Below, piece after piece: positions 6,939 to 17,902 of a stretch of 64,000 nucleotides of DNA. Under the pieces are notes generated by a model. That model saw only the letters and a program-made list of their open reading frames with translations, was not told where the DNA came from and searched no databases. The translations under genes and the position numbers were made by a program. Numbering within the stretch: the first letter of the stretch is position 1; each line of letters starts with the position of its first letter. The DNA comes from a virus (Duplodnaviria; Caudoviricetes): IMG/VR virus record IMGVR_UViG_3300032280_000659, positions 32,001 through 96,000 of that record, one strand, 5' to 3'.

Positions 6939-6984
6939 TGTATTACCTAATCGTCCGGGTTTGGCGGTCGTGGTGATAGTCAGC
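6939..6984. repeat. 46-bp tripartite motif, copy 2
   Basis: TGTATTACCTAA-N7-GGTTTGG-N13-AGTCAGC. Confidence 0.8.
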
Positions 6985-7017
6985 GAAAATTAGGGGTCTT
7001 TTGATTATAGGTGATTT

Positions 7018-7254
7018 ATGCAGAAGGAAAAGATAAAAGTCCGTGTGACTAATAAGAATCGGGCAAAGATTATATATAACCATGCTCAGAATGTTGCTGA
7101 GAATATGGATATGGGTACTGTTATTGCTTTTACTAGGGATACTATTATTGAAAGTTTTAGTAAATTAAGTAATGTGGAAATAACTAAGATAGTAGGCGAA
7201 TATAATCCTCAAATACTGGAGAATGTAAATGACAACTATAATAGTTACGAATGA
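7018..7254 (+). CDS. small helical phage protein (paralog family with 7229 and 8115)
   Basis: Shared pattern NR..I...MD...N..I..Y.P..LEN. Confidence 0.7.
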   Translation: MQKEKIKVRVTNKNRAKIIYNHAQNVAENMDMGTVIAFTRDTIIESFSKLSNVEITKIVGEYNPQILENVNDNYNSYE

Positions 7255-7429
7255 AAATAGAGAGAAAATAACTGATATCTATTGTAACAGACTGTTGGAT
7301 GATATGGACTTTAGCACATTGTACTGTTTTGCTTTTGATATGTTGAAGGATAATAAGAGTGGGTTGACTAATAAAATGCTGGAAGATCAAATCGTTGACT
7401 ACTACCCTGACCTCTTGGAGAATTACTAA
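7229..7429 (+). CDS. small helical phage protein (paralog)
   Basis: NREKITDIYCNRLLDDMDF...IVDYYPDLLEN. Confidence 0.7.
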   Translation: MTTIIVTNENREKITDIYCNRLLDDMDFSTLYCFAFDMLKDNKSGLTNKMLEDQIVDYYPDLLENY

Positions 7430-8114
7430 TGGAAGTAGAAATTAGTAAACAAGAAGCTTGGAAACTGTTAGATGCTATTAGTGCCTATAAGAAAGATTAT
7501 ACTGTTACTGGCGCTGTTAGTAAAACATTTGATAATATTACTAAGAAACTAAAAGAAATAGTAAAGGAATAAAATGACCTATATTTTCTGGCTAATTGCA
7601 TTCTTTTGCATGAGTCTTATTTACTATATTAAGAGTAATGAGTAATGGTGTATAAAATTAGTTAGTGATCTTTGGGGTGTCCTAATTTCGGAGGGCTTTA
7701 TGAAAGCTCTATGGAAAATAATTCGGGCTATTTTTTGCGGATGTTTATTCGCATGGATCGGGGTCTCTATGATGGAAACGGAACTAGAGATTCTTACTCA
7801 TAGTTCTTATGCTAAGTATATGGCTCATGATTTGTTCTATGGTTATTTATCAATCAGAACTTTTTATGAGAATATAGTATATGTGGCTGTTTTAAATTTT
7901 ATAATGGGTTTTTCAATAGGAATAATTTGGAAACCCGGCAGTTTAAAGATATAAGTATTAGACTATCTGATTAAAATTTATTTGATCCTATCTACTCTCA
8001 TGGTATAATACGGTAGTCAACGAAGCCGATAGTCAAGCAAATACTGAGGTATTTTGCGGGACTTTTGGAATCATGGGCAAGAAGTATTTTAACTTTTAAA
8101 CCATGAGGTGATTT

Positions 8115-8372
8115 ATGAAAAGTCGATTTATAGGTTCGGATAATCGTATTGAGATTCAGAGAAAGTATATTGATCAGATTCTGGGTGAATTAGATTTCAT
8201 GCAGATAAAAGATTATCTGAGAGATTATATAAGTAAGGAAAAAGATAAAGAATCTAACTATGCCTTGGAAGCTGAGATAAGAAAAGAAGCTCCAGATGTT
8301 TTGGTAGACAATTGGGATAGTTCTGATGGGCCAACCACCTTAATAGAGGAAGAAGGATATCATCATGCTTAA
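8115..8372 (+). CDS. small helical phage protein (paralog)
   Basis: NRIEIQRKYIDQILGELDF...IRKEAPDVLVDN; GAGGTG RBS. Confidence 0.7.
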   Translation: MKSRFIGSDNRIEIQRKYIDQILGELDFMQIKDYLRDYISKEKDKESNYALEAEIRKEAPDVLVDNWDSSDGPTTLIEEEGYHHA

Positions 8373-9533
8373 AACTTTCCACAGAATAATTTCTTTTGAA
8401 GTAGAGGGTGAAATTTATGATAGCTCTACTACTCCAGAGAGTATTCTAAAAAGTTATGACTGGCATTTTAAAGGATTTCATGACAATCATGAGGACAAAT
8501 GTTTCTTAGAATCATCTCATGATAATAGTCATGGACGCATTACTAAAATTGTGCGAAAGAATAAGATCAGTAAGACTGATAAAGCAGATACAGAAACTTT
8601 CACAATTAACAATAGGTGACTTATGAATTATCAAATAGTTTATTGGAGTGTTGGAGTTTTAGTAACATTGTTAGCATTAGTATCATTATATTATTACTCA
8701 TGCCATTGTTCTACTCCTGTTATTAAATAGTTGGTTAACTATAGTGCTATTGTGGGGGTTGGATTTAATAGTCTAGCCCCTGCATGGCTCTATAAACATC
8801 TCTTCATTGACCAACACGCGCCCATCAGGTATAATACCAATATGGGAGAGATGGTCATCATAGTATAGGATTTTCCTAACTATTCAGTTACCCAAAAGGA
8901 TTAGAATAACATGGATTATAGTTTTGTCTTTGACTTATACTATCTAACTTTAATAAACTCATCACTGATTAATAACTACCAATACGAGGAAAACAAAGGA
9001 GAGGTCCGTTGATCTATTGTATCTTGAATCTTATCTCAGTCAACAAGAAACTTTTTGAGGAAATCAATGATTGTTTTGCTTCTTGTTCTGGTACTATTTA
9101 TGGACTGATAGGGTGTATATAGTATATCATCCCCGGTCCTGCACTAATTATATATCTATCTTTGAAGTTGTCAAGCCAACAAACTCTATAACAAAAGGAC
9201 CATTAGGATGAATTCTTACAAAACAAAAACCAAACCGCAGAAGCACCAGGAGGAGACAATGAAAGTAGACCCTGTAAGCATCGAGACTGATGGTCTGGTG
9301 TGCGATCTTTTAATGAAGAGTATCGGTCGTCCAAAGAACTTAATAATGTGCAGGGCGATCAACCTGTGGGACAATCGATATCGTATCAATGTTTATACCA
9401 AGCATATGGTTGATGACATTGAAAGTAAAAAGATATCATATAGTTGTTTCGCAAAAGTTAGTAATAACGAATTAACTATTGTTTCAGAAACAGAAGTTAT
9501 TAAACCAAAATTTTAGATTAGGTTAAAGCTATT

Positions 9534-9579
9534 TGTGTTACCTTAACTAATAAGGTTGCGTTAGTTGCTCATAGTCAGC
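9534..9579. repeat. 46-bp tripartite motif, copy 3
   Basis: TGTGTTACCTTA-N7-AGGTTGC-N13-AGTCAGC. Confidence 0.8.
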
Positions 9580-9891
9580 GAGTGGTGGTGGTCTTTGAGT
9601 TTTGGATAAGATTTCGTTTCTTGTTATCCTAGAACCTTTTGGTATCATAAGGGTACGAGGAACAAAAAAATGAATGACGGCATAGTTATAATCATGATTC
9701 TTGGTTTAGTGTCGGGCTTTGGACTATTATCTATAATTATATCATTCTTTGAAACGGATTTTGAAGAAGAATATTTGGAAGAAATACGAAGAAGAAGAAA
9801 AAGATCACAACCGGCAACAGCTATACCAATAAATAATGAGCTAGATATATCAACATACGATTTTTATACTGATGAAATATAAGCACATACC

Positions 9892-9937
9892 TGTCTTAGC
9901 TTATCCTATAAGTTTGCCCCGGTTGAACTTAGTCAGC
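9892..9937. repeat. 46-bp tripartite motif, copy 4
   Basis: TGTCTTAGCTTA-N7-AGTTTGC-N13-AGTCAGC. Confidence 0.8.
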
Positions 9938-10619
9938 GAGAGTTGGAGGTCAGTATGATTGGTATACGTTTAGATAAAGATATAGCTTGTGAACATGTTT
10001 GTAAGATAGTAAAAGATTTAGTTAATAGTTATGCAAAGGAGAACGGAGACTTAACTAACGCCCTAATAAGTATTAATATAACCAAATTCTCAGAAGGAAC
10101 TATTAAAGACCAGATTCTAAATATAGAAAATCATTGACATCCACTATCCCTACTAATAGTATAAACCATAGAAATCATAAGGTCAATGAGTTACTTTTAA
10201 CCAAAGGATTTTAATTATGAAATATATTCTTATCATTATGTTGTCCCTTCTTTCTGCACAAACTTTTGCTAATGATTGTGTAGATGGTAAATGCATTATT
10301 CGATCAAATAAACCTGTGGCTACTATTACTAGTAAAGTAACTAAACCCGTTAAGAATTTTACTTCCAAAGTATGCAAGACTTGTAAAAATTTAGTTAGAA
10401 GGTGATCATGAGTCCCAAAAAAGTTAATAAGAAAAAAGTTAAACCTCCCGTAAGCCGTGCTAAATCTTCTGACAAAAAGAAACCGGCCAAAAGAGTCACA
10501 AAAAAACCCGTTGAGACTCAGGTAGTTTCATTACCACCAGAACCTATTGAACCAAAGACTCAAGGATTTTTTAATTACCTATGTTCTTTATTCTTAAAAT
10601 CCCCAAAGGATAACGAATC

Positions 10620-10748
10620 TTGAAAAATAGTAAAATAGTAAGAAAATCATCATTTTTTTTACCAGAATTACTATTTGTAGCCATAATAACACTATCCCTC
10701 ATGGTAATAGTTCGCCCAATAGTATCTTATATTCTACTAGGCTATTAG
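10620..10748 (+). CDS. 42-aa peptide with prepilin-like N-terminus
   Basis: TTG start overlapping the upstream stop (TTGA), AAAGGA RBS; MKNSKIVRKSS|FFLPELLFVAIITLSLMVIVRP... Confidence 0.4.
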   Translation: MKNSKIVRKSSFFLPELLFVAIITLSLMVIVRPIVSYILLGY

Positions 10749-11784
10749 AATATGGTCATTTTAAGCTTAGGTTAAACCCATATTAACTTGAATGATGCGG
10801 TTTTAAACCTTATAACTTATATCTTTCACTAAATTCGCCGAATTATTACTTATTGCTTATGGCCGTGGTAAAATTTGACCATAATAGGTTTTCCCTAAAG
10901 TTCCTATGAGTCACTAGTCGATACCTTGACAAGACCCTTACTCTTTGGTATACTGGTTCTATTGGTAATAGTAGGGATTTTGGTAATAATAAGGGGAAAT
11001 ATGTATAAAAATGTATTATTGACCGATAAAGAAATTGCTCTCTTAAAGAGAGTTGTTGGTGATTATCTTCATGAGAAAATTGTCCCAGAAGCTACTAATT
11101 TGACCATTATTCTTAATCGTCTCAGGGACATTAAACCCACAAAAAAGTATAATCAGAGTATCAATTAGGGAAATGAACCCACAAATGAGACGCAAATCAA
11201 AATACGGAAACTCTAATCAGAAAAGCCTACAAGAAACTAATGGACAAAAGAGTTGTCAGCGTTGTCGATTAACCAAACCAGTTAATCAATATGGTTTTAA
11301 TAAAAAAGGTCAATATAAATTGATTTGTAATAGTTGCGTAGAATATATGTCCCAATTATCCTCTTGGAATAATAGAAAATGAGCATTGTAACTAAAGACT
11401 CTTATAAGGCCGATATCTTTAATTTCTACATGGAATATTGGAAACAGGAAGATCCAAAGGGGGAACTATTTAACCTTACGATCAATAATGTTATCAGTTG
11501 GGAATGGCAAAAGCTTAAACTAACAAGAGAAGAGCTAAAGGGGCTTGCTAATTTTATCAATAGTTTTGTTGATGAGACAAAAGATAATCCCGTAGTAAAA
11601 CGTGGAGCAAGTCAAACAAGCTGTGGGGTGGAATAATGACTAAACCAATAATTTTAACAGATAAAGAAATTGAGGCGATTGAGGTGGCTATTGACCGATT
11701 TAGAGATTGGGTCAATGGATTTGATGATGATGAACGTGCCACTATTCTCCGTAGTCTATTAGAAAGAACAAAGGAGAATAAACA

Positions 11785-12297
11785 ATGAATAAGTTTGAAC
11801 AACACGCATTGACTGAATTTCGTGTCGCTGGTTGGGTTGATGAAGACGGAAAATTTAAAGACGATATGCAGGAAATGATATGCAAACATGTATTAAAATT
11901 GTTAGAAGTTTTTAGTAACGAAGGTCACTCAGGATCTAGTGCTAGTTATGCAATTGATCTATTTAAGACACTTGCAAATTTTGAGCCAATTGGTCCATTA
12001 ACTGGCGAGGATTTTGAGTGGGTTGTTGTTGGCAATGGTGTTTATCAAAATAAACGCATGGGTTCTGTATTTAAAGTGTCTGATCGTTTTGACGGCAAAC
12101 CATATTGGATGGATGGTAAAGTATTTTGGGAGTGGGCTTCTAGTCCTGATATTGATGATGGAAAGCCATTTAAAACACATTTTACAAATAGTGATTCGGC
12201 TGTTATGATTGAATTTCCTTGGACAAAGCCAGACAGTCCCGAATATATTTTTAGACCCACAGAACAATACCCCAATGAACATATTGAAGGAGAATAA
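11785..12297 (+). CDS. conserved phage hypothetical protein
   Basis: VFSNEGHSGSSA...PIGPLTGEDFEW...YQNKRMGSVFK, a motif seen in many phage proteins. Confidence 0.75.
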   Translation: MNKFEQHALTEFRVAGWVDEDGKFKDDMQEMICKHVLKLLEVFSNEGHSGSSASYAIDLFKTLANFEPIGPLTGEDFEWVVVGNGVYQNKRMGSVFKVSDRFDGKPYWMDGKVFWEWASSPDIDDGKPFKTHFTNSDSAVMIEFPWTKPDSPEYIFRPTEQYPNEHIEGE

Positions 12298-13825
12298 CTG
12301 ATGATTAATGAACCTTTGGCATGGGCGGTCATGCAACCCGATTCTTATTCTGTTTTCGCATCATATTATAAAGCTGTTGCTCATCGTGATATTTGTGCTG
12401 GTGGTGATATTATTCCTCTTTATCGTTCACCCAACCTTACTGATAAAGAAATTGTGGCGATTGAGTGGGCTATCGTGGATGCGGAAAAGGCTGGAAGTCA
12501 AAAAGACGCTGCCATCCTCCGCAATCTCTTAGAAAGAATAAAGGATAAATAATGATAATTCAAAAATCTTGGACAGAATTATTGGGACAACCTCAAAAAT
12601 ATGACCAAATTATGGATAATGACATTGTGAGACCAACAAACTATTTTTTTATAGGGGAGTTTGTAAAATTCTTATCAATATGCAAGTCACTTTCCCAAAA
12701 CGGTTTAAAAATGAAGGAATGGAACATATGAACAACGAAGAAATTGATGATATTAAGACCGTGTTAAACGAACAGATGTTAAGTATTTACAAGCTTAAAG
12801 ATTTGATTAACGAGGCTAGGATTTCCGGCACAACACTTCTTCCGGTTGCCGTAGTTGTTTTTATTAAGGAAATTTTAGAGTGTAACGAGGTAATCGCAGA
12901 AATAATCAATGGTCCTACTGGCGGAATTGAAAAAGTAGTTGAAAGAACAAAACTAAACAACAATCCTAACGAAGAGATAAAACCATCTCCGAAATCTCTT
13001 AGAAAGAATAAAGGATAAATAATGATTACCTATAAAAATAAAAAGATCAAAATTTTACCCAAATCCGAATTACCAACAGTATTGGAAAAACATAACCAAT
13101 CTGATATACAAGTTCCATTTCATCAGTATAATAATGATTTGATGGAGCATTTATGTTCTTTTATGGACGATATGGAAAAGCATGATCCTAAGAATGAATA
13201 TGATACAATTTACAGCTTTTATCATAATAATGAATGGGCGATAGTAATATTTGACCAAAATTCTTCTGGTAAAAATTATTTGGTAACTGGAGAATAACTA
13301 ATGACTAAACCCATAATTTTAACGGATAATGAAATTGAGGCGATTGATTGGGCGGAAATGGATGCAATTCTGCAAGAGGAGATTGAGTGGGCGGAAATGG
13401 ATGCAATTCTGCAAGCGGCAAACGAAACCTCTCCAGATCAGATTCAATTGTGGCAAAAAAGAGCCACCATCCTCCGTAATCTATTAGAAAGAATAAAGGA
13501 TAACCCATGAATGATAAACTAAAAAGTAATATCAGGAACTTTATTGTTGATTATGATAATACTGTGAGTGATTTTAATATGGCTGATTATGATTTGTGGC
13601 TTGAGACTGCTGTTAATCTTTTGAAAGAAGTTTTGGAGAATAAATAATGGTAATTCAAAAAACTTGGACAGACCTTTTGGGCAAGCCTCAAGGTAATGAG
13701 AGTGTTGATGGGAAAGATATTGTGAGGGAAATTAGCCTTCATCAATTCAGAATATTGTGGTCATTTAAGAGTAATCAAGAAGCTAATTGGATTTATACTT
13801 ATTGGACAACTATGGAGAATAACTA

Positions 13826-14134
13826 ATCAAAATAATCCCTATACAAGACTGTAAAGACAGACATCTCTACAGAATCAATTCTAGAAATTTTAATCTTGGT
13901 GTTTTTGACGCTGAGAACAGAGATTTTATTGGAATAAGAACAAAAACTGGAAATACATTTTTAGATAGGGAAAATTATAGTCTTGGTTGTGTGAAAGTGT
14001 TACAGGAAATAGAAAAAATACCAGACAATATTGAAGTAAAAATAGGACACAGGTCTGAAACTGAACTTAATGTTTGGGGAGATCGTTCATGGGTGGAAAA
14101 TAAAGATCTTTTTAACTATCTGGAAAATAAATAA
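13826..14134 (+). CDS. hypothetical protein with ATC at the start position
   Basis: 102 open sense codons (IKIIPIQDCKDRHLYRINSRN...FIGIRTK...) filling the gap between two junction motifs. Confidence 0.6.
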   Translation: MKIIPIQDCKDRHLYRINSRNFNLGVFDAENRDFIGIRTKTGNTFLDRENYSLGCVKVLQEIEKIPDNIEVKIGHRSETELNVWGDRSWVENKDLFNYLENK

Positions 14135-15019
14135 TGGAAAACGGGACAGTTGTGGTATTTGAACCCAAAAATTTTAATCCAGAGTTTTGGAATAATCTTC
14201 CAGAAAATGACAAGATTAAGTATTACGGGCCTTTGGGTTATGGATCGGACAAGAAGAAGTTCTTTGTGTTTTTGACCGAAATTAAAAATGCCCCCGGCCA
14301 TTGTGTTCTTGTTGATCTTGATGATGGACATTTAGAGGTTATGCGTCATGTTTCTGATTTTAGAGAAGTTAATAAAGAAGAATTTTAGGAGAATAAATAA
14401 TGACTCAACCGCTTGATGTTGGAAAAGTATTGGTAGAAAGACTAAAAAGATTTACTGAAAATATGGAGATTAAACTAATGACTGAAAATCCGCTACAACT
14501 AGCCACTAAAACTTGGATAGAAGCAGTCCAGAAATATTATGAGAGAGAACAGGATCGTAATCAACTTACTCAAATTTTCATGAGGGGCTATTTTAGTGGC
14601 TGGAGCGAAAGACAGGTGGCCCAGTTGGCCGATCAACTAGCTAAAAACGAAACTGATTATCCTTTATGGAGAGATAAGGAGAACAACTAATGGCTGGACT
14701 TGTATTATTTGTTATATTAGGATATATGGCTTGTATACGAATTTATGATTGGTGGAATGGATATGGAGAGCTATTTTAATGACTAATGAAGATAAAGAAG
14801 ATTGTCTTACTTTGTTAAATCAAATGAAAGAGTTTATAGTATATTTCAAAAGCACAAAAAGCATAAAAGACCCTACTACTGTTTCATTTGTTTATGCTAT
14901 GGATCAGTCTATTAATGTGCTTATTGAGATTATTGAAAATAAGCCACTAGAAGTTAAAAGAATGTTTTAGTGTAATATTTAATTGAAAGAATATCCAACC
15001 TCAATTTTAATAAATAATT

Positions 15020-15688
15020 ATGGACGATGCTATAATCATTAGCGACATTCACTTAGGAAGTAATGTCTGCGAAAGTAAAAGACTATACAATTTTTTAGAA
15101 CTAGTATATACTCATACTAATAAATTGATTATTAACGGCGACTTTTTTGACAATTTAGATTTTCGTAGATTAAAGAAAAACCACTGGAAAATACTGTCTT
15201 TACTTAGGAGAATGAGTAAACATATTGATATAGTATGGATAAGAGGAAATCACGATGGTGATGCAGAATTAGTGTCTCATCTGATAGGACTAGATTTTAG
15301 AGATGAATATTTTTTCAATAGTGGAGATCAGAAAATATTATGTTTACATGGCGACAGATTTGATGATTTTATCTACAAATATCCAAATACTTCTAAAGTA
15401 GCAGATACAATATATCGTTGTATACAAAGAATAGACAAAAGGTTCTTATCAAAATTTATCAAACAAAGATCAAAAACATATTTAAGATGCACAGAAAATA
15501 TGATTAATAGTTCCAGAGAATATGCTTTATCAAAAAATGTAGATATAGTATGTTTAGGGCATACACATCATCCTATGATTGACACCGATCATTCAATAGT
15601 TTACGCTAATAGTGGATGCTGGACGGAAAAAATTTGTACTTTTTTGTCTATTAAAAATGGACAAGTAGAACTTAAAATTTTTAGCTAA
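15020..15688 (+). CDS. LpxH-like calcineurin-type metallophosphoesterase
   Basis: SDIHLG, NGDFFD, RGNHD, LHGD.FD, GHTH, YANSGCW. Confidence 0.85.
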   Translation: MDDAIIISDIHLGSNVCESKRLYNFLELVYTHTNKLIINGDFFDNLDFRRLKKNHWKILSLLRRMSKHIDIVWIRGNHDGDAELVSHLIGLDFRDEYFFNSGDQKILCLHGDRFDDFIYKYPNTSKVADTIYRCIQRIDKRFLSKFIKQRSKTYLRCTENMINSSREYALSKNVDIVCLGHTHHPMIDTDHSIVYANSGCWTEKICTFLSIKNGQVELKIFS

Positions 15689-17389
15689 AAATAGAGAATC
15701 ATATAAATGCAAATTAATATTAAAACAGAACTACAAAATCTTGACCGTGATGATTTTATGGCAGTCTCACAACTTGTTGATCTGATAATATTTGATCTTA
15801 GTGATCTTCTAATTGATGTTGGCGATGAGATTATGCTTGATGCGGCGAAGGACTATATGATTGATCTTATTAATCCTGACCTATTAGATATGGACAATAA
15901 ATAATGAGCGTACCATACAAAGGAAACTGCGAACATCTTAAAGAAGGATATTGTATAGCTTGCATATCTAAGATTAGAGATAATTGGGGTGCTACTGCTA
16001 TGAGTTTTTCTAAAGATTTAAAATGCTATATTAATGTGTGGGATGGTGATTATCCAAATTGGATTGAAGTAAAGGATAATAATGAACAATCAGAGCAAAT
16101 GGGAATTGCTAGAGAGATTATGAAACAAGATAGTGAGTGTCTTAGGAATTTAAGTAAACATAATGATGACTCTATTAAGAACTTTGATTCTTGAATATGA
16201 TCTTGTTGAGGTTCATTATAATGAACTTTTGAAGAATAAACCTTACTTGATCAGGGTTTTTAGCTATAATAGTAGTGACCCTACTGAACTCAGAGTGGAC
16301 GAAAACCAAGTCAACAATCTATATCAAACTCTTAAAGAATACTATCTATTATGAAAATTCAAAACAAGAGTATTAATCAACAATAATGGGGGCGTTTTCA
16401 ATACAAAAAATCATGGTAAGACAAGGAAAAGGAGAATGGGATTTGACCGATATGAGAAAATAAAGCTTAGGTCTGGAACATTGACCTTGGATATCAGTGT
16501 TATTTTCAGAGTATTAGTAATGATACCTCACCTGCCATGATACAATATTTGTTATCTTGTTGTTTTTTTAGTTTTTTGATACTACAAATAGTATTTTTAT
16601 CTTTTGTTTTACTTTACGAACTTTATGAATTATTTTACTATTTGATCAATCCAAACTTTAAAACTAATGATGTGGGACTAAAATGAAATTTGAAGGAATA
16701 AAAAATTATGGATAATTTTGATTGGGATTCATTTCTAGAAGAATCTAGAACATATGAACCCTCTGCGACTTTATGGATTGATAAAGAATCAGATAGGGTA
16801 GAGTTAATTTTGGATACTGCTGCTTGTGTTTATAATGAATGGATAAAAGGCGAAGGAGCAGATATTAGTTTGGTTAGATGCAGCAAAACTAACAAGATTA
16901 TTGGTATTAATTTACCATTATATCAAACTAAGTTTAGCATATTTCATACTGATGGAGTGCAAGTTAAAATTAATGAAGGATACAAGAAGCTTTTCGTTGA
17001 ACAACAAGAGAAAAATTCATCATGAGATTATTTTTTGATATTATCGTATTCTTGCTAATACTTTTTTGTTTTCAAAGAATTGCTGAATTAAGCAACAGAT
17101 TAGGAATGAATATTATGGTTGTTCAAGGTTTACAAGACAGGATAAATGAACTGGAGAAAAAATGAAAAAAACTTGGCAACAAAAACAAAAAGAAAGTATT
17201 CAATCTGGTTATGACCGAGCCAAACAAATAGCAGAAGAAGTGTGGCTAGAGGGAGATCATGAAGGAACTCCTAATGATTTTTACTATTTTCAGTGCGGAT
17301 TTGTGGCGGGTTTGAACTATCAGCGACTACAAGCACTAAATAAATTGAGCCAACTTGATCAAGAGCTAGGACTAGAATAACATAAAAAT

Positions 17390-17475
17390 GTTAACCCTGT
17401 TCCCGTCGAATGTTTACGCTTAGTGCGTAGATCAACTAGGCTAATTGCCGACAGAGTAGGCGGGGCGGGGTTAAC
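17390..17475 (+). ncRNA. candidate structured intergenic RNA
   Basis: Closing stem GTTAACCCTGTTCCCGTC/GGCGGGGCGGGGTTAAC enclosing hairpins TACGC/GCGTA and GGC/GCC. Confidence 0.5.
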
Positions 17476-17716
17476 TATAGGAACATTACAAGTAGTATGA
17501 GAATCATTAACGAAAGACGATCTCAAATAGATGGCAATACCCTAATATCTTGTATATTAGAATATAATGGTAAATTGTTTAAGATTTCTGATTGTCCAAC
17601 TAAATTATTTATATGGTCAGAATTGAATGGATGGCTATTTATAGATTATGGAGACACAAAAGAAACTACACAAAAAAGTATAGAACAATTTTTGTCGATA
17701 ATGAAAGCATACACAA

Positions 17717-17902
17717 ATGAAAACATCGAATGAACTTAAAGAAAGATTAAAAACAATAGTACAAGAAGAATTTATTAACTCTTGGTTAGATGCTCCTAAT
17801 CCGGCATTTAATAATAAAACTCCACGACAAATGGTTATAGAACAAAATACTGATCAAATTGAAATGATGCTATATAGATTAGGAAGCGGAGAACCCACAT
17901 GA
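17717..17902 (+). CDS. MbcA/ParS/Xre antitoxin C-terminal domain (DUF2384-like)
   Basis: SWLDAPNPAFNNKTPRQMV...IEMMLYRLGSG signature. Confidence 0.75.
   Translation: MKTSNELKERLKTIVQEEFINSWLDAPNPAFNNKTPRQMVIEQNTDQIEMMLYRLGSGEPT

Larger units (their letters stand above)
11636..15906 (+). other. Array of small coupled genes with a repeated GGAGAATAA(A/C)TAATG junction and internal paralogs
   Basis: Junction 15-mer variants at 11773, 12289, 13289, 13635, 13814, 14122, 14388, 14678, 15892; paralogs 11636/12301/13301 and 12552/13647. Confidence 0.75.

Noticed and set aside
16351-16540. Possible frameshifted small gene (MK-FKTRVLINN...)
   Set aside because: No recognisable homology; it cannot be distinguished from chance short ORFs.
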